Shown piece by piece: positions 17,003 to 26,895 of a DNA stretch of 64,000 bases; the stretch's first letter is position 1; every line of letters starts with the position of its first letter. Location of the stretch: NCBI GenBank assembly GCA_964630305.1, contig CAZVTR010000001.1, forward strand, positions 62,901 to 126,900, read 5' to 3'. Made by a program: the position numbers and the translations under genes. The stretch is from an uncultured Treponemataceae bacterium (lineage in GTDB: Bacteria > Spirochaetota > Spirochaetia > Treponematales > UBA12059). The notes under the pieces were generated by a model. It did not search any database. It saw only the letters and a program-made list of their open reading frames with translations, and was not told where the DNA came from.

Positions 17003-17989
17003 ATGGTAATGTACGGGCATACTTCTGTGCTTTTGCAGGAATCTCTCACGCTGCTATCCGTGCCGCATGAGCCGGTGCTGATGATTGATGCAACACTGGG
17101 ACTGGCAGGACATTCCATAGCATTTCTGGAAAAGTATCCTGGGTTGCAGCTCATTGGTGTTGATGCTGATGCTTCGATGCTAGAGGAGGCAGAGAAGCGT
17201 CTGTATCCATATAAAAACCGATGCACGCTCGTGCATCAGTTTTTTGATGATTTTTTTATAAACTTTAGCAAAGGAGGACAGAAGGCGGACATCATTCTTT
17301 TCGATCTTGGTGTGTCAATGGTTCATTTCAAAGAGGCAAGGCGGGGGTTTGGGCTCATGGAAGATGAAACACTGGATATGAGACTCAATGCCGAAACTGG
17401 GAGGACCGCTTTGGAATTGCTTGAAATGTCCAGCGAACGAGATCTGGTGAGAATACTCAAACAGTATGGGGAAGAACAGTATGCTGTTCCTATTGCTAGG
17501 GCGATAATTAGGGCGCGTGATGCTCACGAACTCAAAACAGCAAAGGAACTAGCTGAGCTGGTGAAGCAAATAGTGCCGGCCAGAGTGCGGTATGGAAAGA
17601 TACATCCAGCTACAAAAACCTTTCAGGCATTGCGGATTGCGGTAAATGACGAGCTTGGAAGAATCGAACGAGCACTTGAGCCTGCATTGCGTACACTTGC
17701 TCCTCTCGGTTGTATTGGAGTAATTAGCTTTCATTCACTTGAGGATAGGATTGTTAAACAAACATTTGCCCGATATGTGCAGAAAAAGTCAGTCAATAAA
17801 TATGCTGACCAAAAATCCTCAAAAATCGCTCAAAAAACTCCGATATCATCGATAGATGCTCACCGTGAGAGTAATTTGCTTGCTCTCGAGCTTTTGGTAA
17901 AAAAGCCAGTAATTGCCAGTCAGGAAGAAACTAGGCAAAACCCTGCATCGCGAAGTGCTAAGCTGAGAGCTGCAAGGCGCATTGGTTGA
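17003..17989 (+). CDS. rsmH: 16S rRNA (cytosine1402-N4)-methyltransferase
   Basis: HTSVLLQE, DATLGLAGHS, FHSLEDRIVK, NPASRSAKLRAA. Located next to mraZ. Confidence 0.95.
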   Translation: MVMYGHTSVLLQESLTLLSVPHEPVLMIDATLGLAGHSIAFLEKYPGLQLIGVDADASMLEEAEKRLYPYKNRCTLVHQFFDDFFINFSKGGQKADIILFDLGVSMVHFKEARRGFGLMEDETLDMRLNAETGRTALELLEMSSERDLVRILKQYGEEQYAVPIARAIIRARDAHELKTAKELAELVKQIVPARVRYGKIHPATKTFQALRIAVNDELGRIERALEPALRTLAPLGCIGVISFHSLEDRIVKQTFARYVQKKSVNKYADQKSSKIAQKTPISSIDAHRESNLLALELLVKKPVIASQEETRQNPASRSAKLRAARRIG

Positions 17990-18004
17990 CTAAGGAGTAA
18001 GTGC

Positions 18005-18292
18005 ATGAAGCGGATTATGCTTGTTATTGCTGTATGTATACTGCCATTGGTTTTTTTTGCTGTAATATGGCAAGCAATTCAGTACCATGTGCTTGTTAGT
18101 TCAATACAGGATCTTGAAGCACAGCAAGCTAAGCTCATTGAAACTCTGTATATGCAGGAAATTAGTAAGAGCATAGTTTCATCGCGTGCTCGCATTGATA
18201 CCCATACTCAAACGTTTGATGTATACACAACAATTGACCCATCAAGAATTATTAGAGTTGTCCCTTCTGTAAACAAGAAAAACGATGGCTGA
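18005..18292 (+). CDS. ftsL: FtsL-like small bitopic division protein
   Basis: 95 aa. One N-terminal TM (IMLVIAVCILPLVFFAVIW) followed by a short coiled-coil. It occupies the canonical position after rsmH. The call rests on position and architecture only. Confidence 0.6.
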   Translation: MKRIMLVIAVCILPLVFFAVIWQAIQYHVLVSSIQDLEAQQAKLIETLYMQEISKSIVSSRARIDTHTQTFDVYTTIDPSRIIRVVPSVNKKNDG

Positions 18293-19700
18293 TATGCTTC
18301 CCTCTTCAGTTCTTTTTAAAGAAGCTGTTGGAGCGGAAATTTATGGACTAACTTCTCATTTTGAATGCGCAGTAACTGATTCTCGTGATGCGGTGAAGGG
18401 ATCGCTGTTTGTTGCTCTCAAAGGTAACAATACCGACGGGCATTTGTATATTGATCAAGCATATGCTAACGGATGCCGATTGTTTCTTGTTTCAAAAAAT
18501 TGGTATTCCACTGCAACAAATCAGTACAAAGATGCATGCTATATTGTAGCTGAAGACACGCTTTTTGCTTTACAGCAGACAGCAGGGCTTTGGTGCCGTA
18601 TGATGAGTGGCCCTTTAGAAAAGAGAAATGGCAGATCACTTGTTAAAATAGGCGTTACAGGGTCATCAGGTAAGACAACTTGTAAAGAAATTATAGCATC
18701 AATTCTATCAGTCTCGTCAAAAGTGATAAAAAATCCGGGAAATCTTAACTCGGAAATAGGTCTTCCGGCATCATTGTTCCTGATACGAGACTGCCATGAA
18801 TATGCAGTATTCGAAATGGGTATTAACCGCAAGGGAGAAATGGATCTCTTGGCCGATTTGTATCAGCCTGAAATTGCAGTAATAACGCTTATTGGGACAG
18901 CGCATATTGGATTGCTAGGCGGCACTAAACGGCACATAGCAGAAGAAAAGAAAAAAATTGCTAAATACCTATCGCAGAATAGTGGTACGCTTATAGTATG
19001 GGAAGATGATGAATTTCGTGACTTCTTGATAAAAGACATTATTAATACAAATACCTTTGGACCGCGTTCAAGCATGAATTTTGAAGGAGCCAGAGACTTA
19101 GGTTCGCAGGGATGGCTTATCAGATATCATGGTGCTGAAATATGTTTTCCGCTTCCTGGATCTCATAATTTGCTCAATGCGCTTGCCGGAATAAAAATTG
19201 CAGAACTACTTGGTATTCGTGCCGCAGATATTTTAAAAGGCCTAGAGCAGGTAGAGGGCGCTAAATCGAGGACTTCAATTTATGAGGGAAATTTTATCAT
19301 TGTTGATGATACTTATAATGCTAATCTTGAAAGCTTTAAGGCTGGTTTTGCGTTAGGGAAACAGCTTGCTGGTTCGCATAAACTCATCTGCATAGTTGGC
19401 GCAATGAAAGAACTTGGAGAACAGTCACAGGCAATTCATGAGAAACTTGGAGAACTAATAGCGCAGGTTAAACCTGATTCAGTAATTTGTTATGGTGAAG
19501 AGACGATCTATACAATACAAAAAGCAAAAGAACTTGGATTTATGAATATTGCAATGGACAATAGCCATGAAGAAATTATCAGCAATGTGCTTGCGTATGT
19601 GAGCAAGGATGATTGCGTGTATCTTAAAGGCAGCAGAGCAATGATGCTTGATAAAGTTGCTCTTGCATTGCAAGAAAAGGCAGGTAAACATGCTTCCTAA
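18285..19700 (+). CDS. murF: UDP-N-acetylmuramoyl-tripeptide--D-alanyl-D-alanine ligase
   Basis: Mur ligase P-loop GVTGSSGKTTCKE, DDTYNANLES, 471 aa, directly upstream of mraY. Confidence 0.9.
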   Translation: MADMLPSSVLFKEAVGAEIYGLTSHFECAVTDSRDAVKGSLFVALKGNNTDGHLYIDQAYANGCRLFLVSKNWYSTATNQYKDACYIVAEDTLFALQQTAGLWCRMMSGPLEKRNGRSLVKIGVTGSSGKTTCKEIIASILSVSSKVIKNPGNLNSEIGLPASLFLIRDCHEYAVFEMGINRKGEMDLLADLYQPEIAVITLIGTAHIGLLGGTKRHIAEEKKKIAKYLSQNSGTLIVWEDDEFRDFLIKDIINTNTFGPRSSMNFEGARDLGSQGWLIRYHGAEICFPLPGSHNLLNALAGIKIAELLGIRAADILKGLEQVEGAKSRTSIYEGNFIIVDDTYNANLESFKAGFALGKQLAGSHKLICIVGAMKELGEQSQAIHEKLGELIAQVKPDSVICYGEETIYTIQKAKELGFMNIAMDNSHEEIISNVLAYVSKDDCVYLKGSRAMMLDKVALALQEKAGKHAS

Positions 19701-20772
19701 ATTATTATTGCCGCTTGTTAAGTATTTTTCAGCATTTAATGTTTTTCGTTACTTGACATTCAGATCTGCATATGCAGCTGTTACTGCATTATTGTGTTCA
19801 TTTTTATTAGGACCTGTCGTTATTAGGTGGTTAAAGGTTCTTAAATTTGGGCAATCAATTCGAGATGACGGACCAGAATCTCATATGCAAAAAAAGGGTA
19901 CTCCGACTATGGGCGGAATACTCATCCTTGCCAGTGTTGTAGTAGCCACACTTTTGTGGGCAGATCTTTCAAATATTCAGGTATGGATTGTAATATTTGT
20001 TACGGTTGGTTTTGGCCTAGTAGGATTTATGGATGACTGGCTGAAAATAAAATTAAAAACTTCCGATGGACTTTCTGCAAAATCAAAGCTAATTGGACAG
20101 TTTCTTGTGTCCGCAATTGCAGTCATTGTTTTATATGTATTTCGCAGTAACCAGACAACGCTTTTATACATTCCATTTATAAAGAATGCAGTTATTGATC
20201 TTGGTTTTTTCTGGGTTCCAATTGCTATTGTATATGTAATGGCATGGTCAAATGCAGTTAATCTAACTGATGGCCTTGATGGTCTTGCAATTGGTCTTGT
20301 AATTCTTTCTGTTATTGCATTTTCAATTTTAACCTATATAACAGGCCGTGCTGATTGGTCAGCATATCTTAACATACCATATATCAAAAACGCTGGAGAG
20401 TTAACGGTAGTAACGCTTGCGCTGATGGGAGCCTGTGTGGGATTTCTATGGTTCAATGCGCATCCAGCAGAAGTTTTTATGGGTGATGTTGGTTCCTTAA
20501 GCCTTGGCGGGGTTCTTGCAGTGTTAGCACTTATTGTTAAAAAAGAAGTTCTTCTTTTTATAATTGGCGGGGTTTTTGTACTGGAAGAAGCTTCTGTTAT
20601 TATTCAGGTGCTGTATTTTAAAGCAACTAAAGGAAAGCGAGTATTCAAAATGGCTCCGCTTCACCATCATTTTGAACTATCAGGATGGGATGAGGCTAAA
20701 GTTGTGACACGATTTTGGATACTTGGCGGGCTTTTTACCATTATTGCGCTGACAACACTTAAAATTCAGTAA
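19690..20772 (+). CDS. mraY: phospho-N-acetylmuramoyl-pentapeptide transferase
   Basis: The track ORF begins at 19648. The in-frame ATG 19690 (MLPKLLLPLVKYF...) gives the usual 360 aa and an 11-nt overlap with murF. Motifs: KKGTPTMGG, NLTDGLDGLA, HHHFE. Confidence 0.95.
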   Translation: MLPKLLLPLVKYFSAFNVFRYLTFRSAYAAVTALLCSFLLGPVVIRWLKVLKFGQSIRDDGPESHMQKKGTPTMGGILILASVVVATLLWADLSNIQVWIVIFVTVGFGLVGFMDDWLKIKLKTSDGLSAKSKLIGQFLVSAIAVIVLYVFRSNQTTLLYIPFIKNAVIDLGFFWVPIAIVYVMAWSNAVNLTDGLDGLAIGLVILSVIAFSILTYITGRADWSAYLNIPYIKNAGELTVVTLALMGACVGFLWFNAHPAEVFMGDVGSLSLGGVLAVLALIVKKEVLLFIIGGVFVLEEASVIIQVLYFKATKGKRVFKMAPLHHHFELSGWDEAKVVTRFWILGGLFTIIALTTLKIQ

Positions 20773-20792
20773 GAAAGGGATATAACTATACC

Positions 20793-21908
20793 ATGAGCTT
20801 TAGTGTTGAAAAGCAGATAGGAACAGATAATTCTCAATACCTTTTCATTGGTCTTGGGATTTTTCTTTCTTTATGCGGCGCCGCTTTTCTGCTTTCAGCA
20901 TCATATGGTTATGCTCTTACACTTGATAAAAATCCCGAGTATTTTTTTGTTCGGCAGCTCGTGTTTCTAGCTGTTGGTTACCTAGGTATTTTTATTCCGG
21001 TGATGCTTATTCCTCTTGAGTTTCTGAAAAAAAGTGTTCCTTTGTTAACAATTATTTGCATTTTATTACTCATTCTTTGTCTGATTCCGGGTATTGGAAT
21101 TACGAAAAATGGTTCGCATCGATGGATAGGTTTTAACTCCTGGAAAATACAGCCTTCAGAATTATTTAAACCGGTTCTTGTTCTCTATATGGCATATATT
21201 CTATCAAGAAAAAAAGAAAAGCTAGACGATGTAGTGTATGGTGTTCTCCCGCCATTTATGCTTGTTATGATTGCAGCATTATTAATATTTCTTGAGAATG
21301 ATTTTTCTACAGCTGCTATGATAATTTTTATTGCTCTTTCCATAATGTGGTTGAGCGATATAAATTTAATTTTCTTTATTGCATGTGCTTCAATTTTTGT
21401 ACCGCTCGGTATTCTAACAATTTTTAGCAGTGATTACAGACTAATGAGAATTTTTGGCTATATAGCAAAAGGCAATTCAGGAACGGCTACATATCAGATA
21501 AATAGTTCAATTCGAGCAATTATGAGCGGCGGTTTATGGGGTAAAGGATTAGCGCAGGGTGTCTATAAAATAAAAAGCATACCGGAAGTTCAATCCGATT
21601 TTATACTTTCCGCATTGTTTGAAGAACTTGGCTTTTTTGGAATGCTGCTCTACTTGACATTATGGATGATTTTAATAGGAATAATATTTAAACATGCAAA
21701 AAAAGCTGATGATGAATTTACATATTATGCTTTGTCAGGAATTGGAATTTACCTAGCTATTCAAATTCTTGTTAATATGGCAGTTGTTTGTGGAATTGCA
21801 CCGACAACAGGTATAATTTTCCCATTGCTCTCATCCGGCGGATCAGGAGTGCTAGCAGTGCTCTTTGCATTTGCACTAGCTGCAAAACTAATGAGGAAGG
21901 AAGCATGA
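20793..21908 (+). CDS. ftsW: SEDS-family peptidoglycan polymerase FtsW
   Basis: 371 aa polytopic membrane protein. Motifs RWIGF..IQPSEL and PEVQSDFILSALFEELG. Canonical dcw position. Confidence 0.85.
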   Translation: MSFSVEKQIGTDNSQYLFIGLGIFLSLCGAAFLLSASYGYALTLDKNPEYFFVRQLVFLAVGYLGIFIPVMLIPLEFLKKSVPLLTIICILLLILCLIPGIGITKNGSHRWIGFNSWKIQPSELFKPVLVLYMAYILSRKKEKLDDVVYGVLPPFMLVMIAALLIFLENDFSTAAMIIFIALSIMWLSDINLIFFIACASIFVPLGILTIFSSDYRLMRIFGYIAKGNSGTATYQINSSIRAIMSGGLWGKGLAQGVYKIKSIPEVQSDFILSALFEELGFFGMLLYLTLWMILIGIIFKHAKKADDEFTYYALSGIGIYLAIQILVNMAVVCGIAPTTGIIFPLLSSGGSGVLAVLFAFALAAKLMRKEA

Positions 21909-22753
21909 TGAGCGATAGGGTTTTAGTTACAAATGATATAATATTCCAGTGTCGAAACGAACAACAATCTTCATTAAAAAAATCAAAGCATGAATTATCG
22001 CAAAATAAAGTTATTCCAGCAATTATTCTGACCTCATTTCTATTAGTTATAGTAATATTACTTATAACTCTGTTTAGTTCAATCAATATACATGTAAATG
22101 GTTCAGTTTTGCTGTCTGAACAGGAGATTTTGCAAATTGCTGGAATTGCTGATAAGCAAAACATTCTTAGCATTGATATTGAAAAAGCAAAAATTGCTTT
22201 AGAGTCATACTATAAAATAAGATCCGCCAGCATAAAATATAGTTTCCCTAATAAGCTCACTATAAATATAGAAGAACGCGATCCTGTTGGAATTATTGTT
22301 GCAGGGTCATCAGATACAACTTATGAACTCATATGCATTGATAAAGACGGTTATATCATTGGATATGAACATGAGTTCCCCGGAGATTCTAGAATTCCTG
22401 TAATTAGCGGTGTTGTTATAAAAAATTATAAAATGGGAAACAAACTTGATAATAAGTTTCTTCCTGTGCTCAATGGCATAAATACCCTTAAAAGAAATAA
22501 TATAAAGCTCTTTGAGGCTGTTTCTGAGTTCAGATTTGAAGAAAAAACAAATGGCTATATTGAAATAATTATATATCCTGTAAATTTTCATACTGCAATG
22601 AGAGTTGGTTCTGTTATAGATGAATCGGTGTTGCAAATAGGAATGTGGATGCTTGATGCATTAAAAGATAAAGTTGATGCTCTTGAGTTAAAAGAAATCG
22701 ATTTGCGTGGAAAAATTTATACAGTTAAATTTAAGGAGGCAGCATCTGGATGA
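21905..22753 (+). CDS. ftsQ: cell division protein FtsQ/DivIB
   Basis: The track ORF starts at 21788 inside ftsW. ATG 21905 forms an ATGA overlap with the ftsW stop. One TM (AIILTSFLLVIVILLITLF), then a POTRA-like INIHVNGSVLLSEQEILQIAGI. Confidence 0.75.
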   Translation: MMSDRVLVTNDIIFQCRNEQQSSLKKSKHELSQNKVIPAIILTSFLLVIVILLITLFSSINIHVNGSVLLSEQEILQIAGIADKQNILSIDIEKAKIALESYYKIRSASIKYSFPNKLTINIEERDPVGIIVAGSSDTTYELICIDKDGYIIGYEHEFPGDSRIPVISGVVIKNYKMGNKLDNKFLPVLNGINTLKRNNIKLFEAVSEFRFEEKTNGYIEIIIYPVNFHTAMRVGSVIDESVLQIGMWMLDALKDKVDALELKEIDLRGKIYTVKFKEAASG

Positions 22754-23987
22754 CCGAATAATTACAGGTTTGGATATAGGTACCTCAAAAGTTTCTGTTG
22801 TCATTGCAGAGATAAATGACAGTGGAGTTTTGGAAATTATTGGTGTCGGCAAGGCTCCATGCAATGGTTTGCGCCGTGGTGTTGTGGTAAATATCGAAGC
22901 AACTGTACAAGCAATTATAAAAGCAGTGGAAGATGCGGAGCTAATGTCAGGAAGGGAGATTCGCAGCTGTTTTACAGGAATTGCTGGTGCTAATATCGAG
23001 GGCATAAATTCACGCGGAGTAGTCGCTGTATCTGGGAAAAATAGGGAAATCTCAGAAGATGATATTAACCGAGTTGTAGAAGCAGCGCGAGCAATCGCTA
23101 TTCCTATGGACAGGGAAATACTGCATGTGATTCCTCAAAGCTTCATTGTGGATGATCAAAAAGGAATAAAAAATCCGCTCGATATGATTGGGGTTAGACT
23201 TGAAGCAGAAGTGCATATTATTACCGGTTCTTTGACAACAACACAAAATCTTGTCCGCTGTATTAATCGTGCGGGATTTACAGTGGATGGTCTTATCCTT
23301 CAAACATTAGCTTCTTCAAAAGCTTTGCTCACCGAAGATGAAAAAGAGCTAGGCAGTATGATTATTGATCTTGGCGGAGGAACAACCGATGCTTTGCTTT
23401 TTGTTGAAGGTGCGCCATATTTTTCTGCTTCTATTGGAGTAGGCGGCATTCAGGTAACAAATGATCTCTCAATAGTGCTCAAGATTCCTCTTGATGCTGC
23501 AGAGCGAATTAAAAAAGAATCTGGCACCTGCTATCTTCCGCACATCGATCCTGGAGAAACAGTAATTGTGCCAGGTATGCCTGGAAAGCCGCCAGCAGAA
23601 ATACCTAGAATCAATCTAGCTCAGATAATGCAGCCGCGAATGGAGGAAATTCTTCATTTGTTGCGTGAAAAAATTATTACAATGAATTATATGCACTTTC
23701 TCAAGGGCGGTATCGTTCTGACGGGAGGAGGTGCGCAAATGAATGGTATTGTCGATCTTGTACAGGAAATATTTAATATGCCAGTTCGTGTAGGCGTTCC
23801 TTCATCATTGGGAGGTTTGACGGAGGAATATCAAAAACCAGAACATGCTACTGCGGTAGGTCTTGTGCTCATGGGTGCTGAGCGGCTGCTTGCTGGTAAT
23901 ACTATTAAAGAAAAATCTGATAAAGGATCAAGCGTCAGGCATGGAGTTCTTAAAAAAATATCTGATTGGTTTAAGGAAATGTTCTAA
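22707..23987 (+). CDS. ftsA: cell division protein FtsA (start codon uncertain)
   Basis: Actin-fold motifs GLDIGTSKVSV, DLGGGTTD, LTGGGAQMNG. The track start is GTG 22707, 47 nt inside ftsQ. A strong SD AAGGAGG (22733..22739) is instead positioned 6 nt before the in-frame CTG 22746. Confidence 0.9.
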   Translation: MEKFIQLNLRRQHLDDRIITGLDIGTSKVSVVIAEINDSGVLEIIGVGKAPCNGLRRGVVVNIEATVQAIIKAVEDAELMSGREIRSCFTGIAGANIEGINSRGVVAVSGKNREISEDDINRVVEAARAIAIPMDREILHVIPQSFIVDDQKGIKNPLDMIGVRLEAEVHIITGSLTTTQNLVRCINRAGFTVDGLILQTLASSKALLTEDEKELGSMIIDLGGGTTDALLFVEGAPYFSASIGVGGIQVTNDLSIVLKIPLDAAERIKKESGTCYLPHIDPGETVIVPGMPGKPPAEIPRINLAQIMQPRMEEILHLLREKIITMNYMHFLKGGIVLTGGGAQMNGIVDLVQEIFNMPVRVGVPSSLGGLTEEYQKPEHATAVGLVLMGAERLLAGNTIKEKSDKGSSVRHGVLKKISDWFKEMF

Positions 23988-24029
23988 TACATGGTGAAAT
24001 AGAAATAAATAGAATACTGGGAGGGGAAT

Positions 24030-25205
24030 ATGGAACTAAAGTTAATTGAAGAAACATCGGTAGAAGAAACAGCTCACATCGAAACTGCATCAAGAAAGGT
24101 TACTGTGATAAAAGTAATCGGCGCAGGCGGAGGCGGTTCTAACGCTGTAAACCGTATGATTGAAGCAGGAGTAGCAGATGTTGAGTTTATTGCAGCAAAT
24201 ACTGATTTGCAGGTATTGTCTCAGTCAAAAGCAAAAATAAAAATTCCTTTAGGTTCAAAAATTACAAAAGGGTTAGGCGCTGGAGGCAAACCTGAAATAG
24301 GTGAAAAAGCTGCAATAGAAGACAGAGAAAATATTGCAAAATATATCTCGGGCGCTGATATGGTATTTGTTACTGCAGGAATGGGCGGCGGTACAGGTAC
24401 TGGTTCTGCTCCTATTATTGCAGAAGTAGCAAAAGAATGCGGTGCACTCACTGTAGCAGTTGTAACAAAACCATTTTTATTTGAAGGTCCAATTAAAATG
24501 CGTCTTGCAATGGAAGGGATTGAAAAACTTAAAAAAGCTGTCGATGTGCTTATAACAATTCCAAATCAGAATATTTTTAAAATTGCAGATAAAAATCTAT
24601 CGGCTATTGAGGCTTTTCGTATAGCAGATGATGTTCTCAGACAGGGAGTTCAGGGTATTTCCGATTTAATAACAAAACCTGGGATTATCAATATTGATTT
24701 CGCTGACGTAAAAACGGTAATGGAAAATCAAGGATATGCAGTAATGGGTATAGGAAAAGCAGATGGCGATAATAGGGCAATTGATGCAGCTGAACGCGCA
24801 GTGAAGAATCCTTTACTTGAAGATGCAACAATAGACGGCGCAGAAAAAATACTAGTAAACATTACTGCAAGCAGTAATTATACCATGCATGAGTTTAATG
24901 AAACGTTGTCATACATTTCTGGGAAAGTATCTCCTGATGCGTTTTTAATATATGGCCTGGTAACGGATGAGTCGCTGGGTGATGAAGTGCATGTTACAGT
25001 TGTGGCTACTGGCGGCAAAGGCGACCAGAATACGGCTCGAGCAGCTTCAACCGGCCTTGATACATTAAAACCAAACAATAGTTTTATTACCACAAAAGAG
25101 TGGGATAAAATACTGCAAGCTAAAGATAAAACAAGTTTTTTACAGAGCAGGAATGACGAAGAAATCCTTGAAGTGCCAACATATCTGCGCCGAACCGGAG
25201 ACTAA
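24030..25205 (+). CDS. ftsZ: cell division GTPase FtsZ
   Basis: [13 protein letters not shown] and the tubulin signature [12 protein letters not shown]. The C-terminal peptide [12 protein letters not shown] resembles an FtsA/ZipA-binding tail. Confidence 0.97.
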   Translation: MELKLIEETSVEETAHIETASRKVTVIKVIGAGGGGSNAVNRMIEAGVADVEFIAANTDLQVLSQSKAKIKIPLGSKITKGLGAGGKPEIGEKAAIEDRENIAKYISGADMVFVTAGMGGGTGTGSAPIIAEVAKECGALTVAVVTKPFLFEGPIKMRLAMEGIEKLKKAVDVLITIPNQNIFKIADKNLSAIEAFRIADDVLRQGVQGISDLITKPGIINIDFADVKTVMENQGYAVMGIGKADGDNRAIDAAERAVKNPLLEDATIDGAEKILVNITASSNYTMHEFNETLSYISGKVSPDAFLIYGLVTDESLGDEVHVTVVATGGKGDQNTARAASTGLDTLKPNNSFITTKEWDKILQAKDKTSFLQSRNDEEILEVPTYLRRTGD

Positions 25206-25207
25206 TA

Positions 25208-26098
25208 ATGAAAGAAGCACTGCATACAGATTATTCACGCCGCTTTGGAGTTTGGATATCGGCGACAAAAAGACTATCTCCGCTCACCCATGAAGTATAC
25301 ATGAGGGAAGTAAATTATCTACTAGCATGGATTAGTAATAAAAATTTAAATGTATGCACCGTTTCCAGTTCTGAGCTTGTTGAATATCTTGTATACAGAA
25401 AATCTGCAAACTTATCAGGAAGAACAATAAATCGAATACTTTCCAGTTTGCGCGCATTTTTTAAATTCTTAAGACTTGAAAAAATTAGAAATGATGATCC
25501 TTGCGAGCTTTTGGAGTCTCCAAAACAAAAAAAGCCGCTGCCTGAGGTATTTAAACCTGAGGAAATAGAAGCGCTCTTAAATGCAATCGATATTACAAGC
25601 GCAGTAGGTTTAAGGGACAGAGCTCTGTTTGAGCTTATCTACTCGTGCGGACTCAGAATCTCAGAAGCAGCAAACCTTTGTTTTAGCAATGTCTTTGCCG
25701 AAGAAAAAATTCTTCGGATTACTGGAAAGCGAATGAAGGAACGAATTATTCCATTTGGCGACGAAGCAGCGTACTGGCTTTCAAAATATCTTGGAGAAGC
25801 ATACCCAAAGCTCAAAAAATCTTTTTCAAAAGATTTTGTTTTTTTAAATAAAAATGGAAAAGGAATTTCTCGGAAAGGTATTTGGAAGCGTTTTTCCGAA
25901 CTGCGTGCATTGGCTCATGTCGATGGAAAAGTTCATTCCTTGCGACATTCCTTTGCTACACACCTCCTTGCAGGTGGAGCAGACTTACGAACACTGCAGG
26001 AACTGCTTGGTCATGCAGATATAGCAACAACGCAAATTTATACCCATGTAGATGAAGATAAGTTGGCAGAAATACATGAAGCATATTTTGAAAAGTAA
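25208..26098 (+). CDS. xerD: tyrosine site-specific recombinase, XerD-like
   Basis: 296 aa. [38 protein letters not shown] (R-H-R-Y catalytic set). The xerD versus xerC assignment is tentative. Confidence 0.75.
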   Translation: MKEALHTDYSRRFGVWISATKRLSPLTHEVYMREVNYLLAWISNKNLNVCTVSSSELVEYLVYRKSANLSGRTINRILSSLRAFFKFLRLEKIRNDDPCELLESPKQKKPLPEVFKPEEIEALLNAIDITSAVGLRDRALFELIYSCGLRISEAANLCFSNVFAEEKILRITGKRMKERIIPFGDEAAYWLSKYLGEAYPKLKKSFSKDFVFLNKNGKGISRKGIWKRFSELRALAHVDGKVHSLRHSFATHLLAGGADLRTLQELLGHADIATTQIYTHVDEDKLAEIHEAYFEK

Positions 26099-26154
26099 TT
26101 GCATGCAGTACGCTGAGTAACTAAGGAATGATATTATAATGGGGAGGAAATGCT

Positions 26155-26895
26155 ATGCAAAAAAAAATAATATTGATTATTGCTATTTTTAGCGCAGCAT
26201 GGATGATATCAGCATGCAAGCAGCAGGAGAAAAACCTTCTTGAGCGTATGTTTGATATTGAATCGAGAAGCAAGCAAGGTGTCAGTCCCTCCCGCATTGA
26301 TGAGCTTCAAAATGCGATAAAAGAATCTCAAGCAAAAGTAGAAAAAGTTATTGCAGAAAGTGAAAATCTAGCTTCATTTTGGCGTTTGTTAACCGTTCGT
26401 TACAGCGAAGCAGGAATGTTTGGTGAAGCGTTTGAAGCAGCAAAAAAAGCACTTTCATTTAATCCAAATGATGCAGGTCTCTATTATCTCCTAGGGGTTT
26501 CGGCAGGCAATATGGCAAAGACAGCCATTACAGAAACAACAAACCCTCAAGCAGCACGAAAACGATGGCTTGAAACTTCTGAATCGGCATATCTTACTGC
26601 ATTGAAATTAGATCCTAAAAATTATCGCAGCATGTATGGGCTTGCGGTCCTGTATGTTTTTGAGCTTGATAGTCCTGAGCTGGCCCTGCCATACTTGGAA
26701 AATTATCTTTCGGTTCAAGAGAAAGATGTTGATGCTTTCTTTTTATACGGAAGGGCATTGTATGCGACAGGAAGACTCCAGGATGCTGTGAATGCATATG
26801 GAAATGCTGCAAAATATGCCGGCAGCAAAGAAAAACGCCAACTTGCTGAACAGCATCAAAAAACTATTCTGGACGAGTTGTATGGATCAAAGTAA
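26155..26895 (+). CDS. TPR-repeat lipoprotein
   Basis: N-terminus MQKKIILIIAIFSAAWMISAC (signal plus lipobox-like ISAC). TPR-like repeats (FGEAFEAAKKALSFNPNDAGLYYLLG, AYLTALKLDPKN). Confidence 0.65.
   Translation: MQKKIILIIAIFSAAWMISACKQQEKNLLERMFDIESRSKQGVSPSRIDELQNAIKESQAKVEKVIAESENLASFWRLLTVRYSEAGMFGEAFEAAKKALSFNPNDAGLYYLLGVSAGNMAKTAITETTNPQAARKRWLETSESAYLTALKLDPKNYRSMYGLAVLYVFELDSPELALPYLENYLSVQEKDVDAFFLYGRALYATGRLQDAVNAYGNAAKYAGSKEKRQLAEQHQKTILDELYGSK

Noticed and set aside
19648-19689. N-terminal extensions of track ORFs for mraY (19648), ftsQ (21788), dprA (26792) and hslU (31348)
   Set aside because: In each case an internal ATG gives the conserved N-terminus and normal length. It also gives a typical short or ATGA overlap with the upstream gene (19690, 21905, 26882, 31390).
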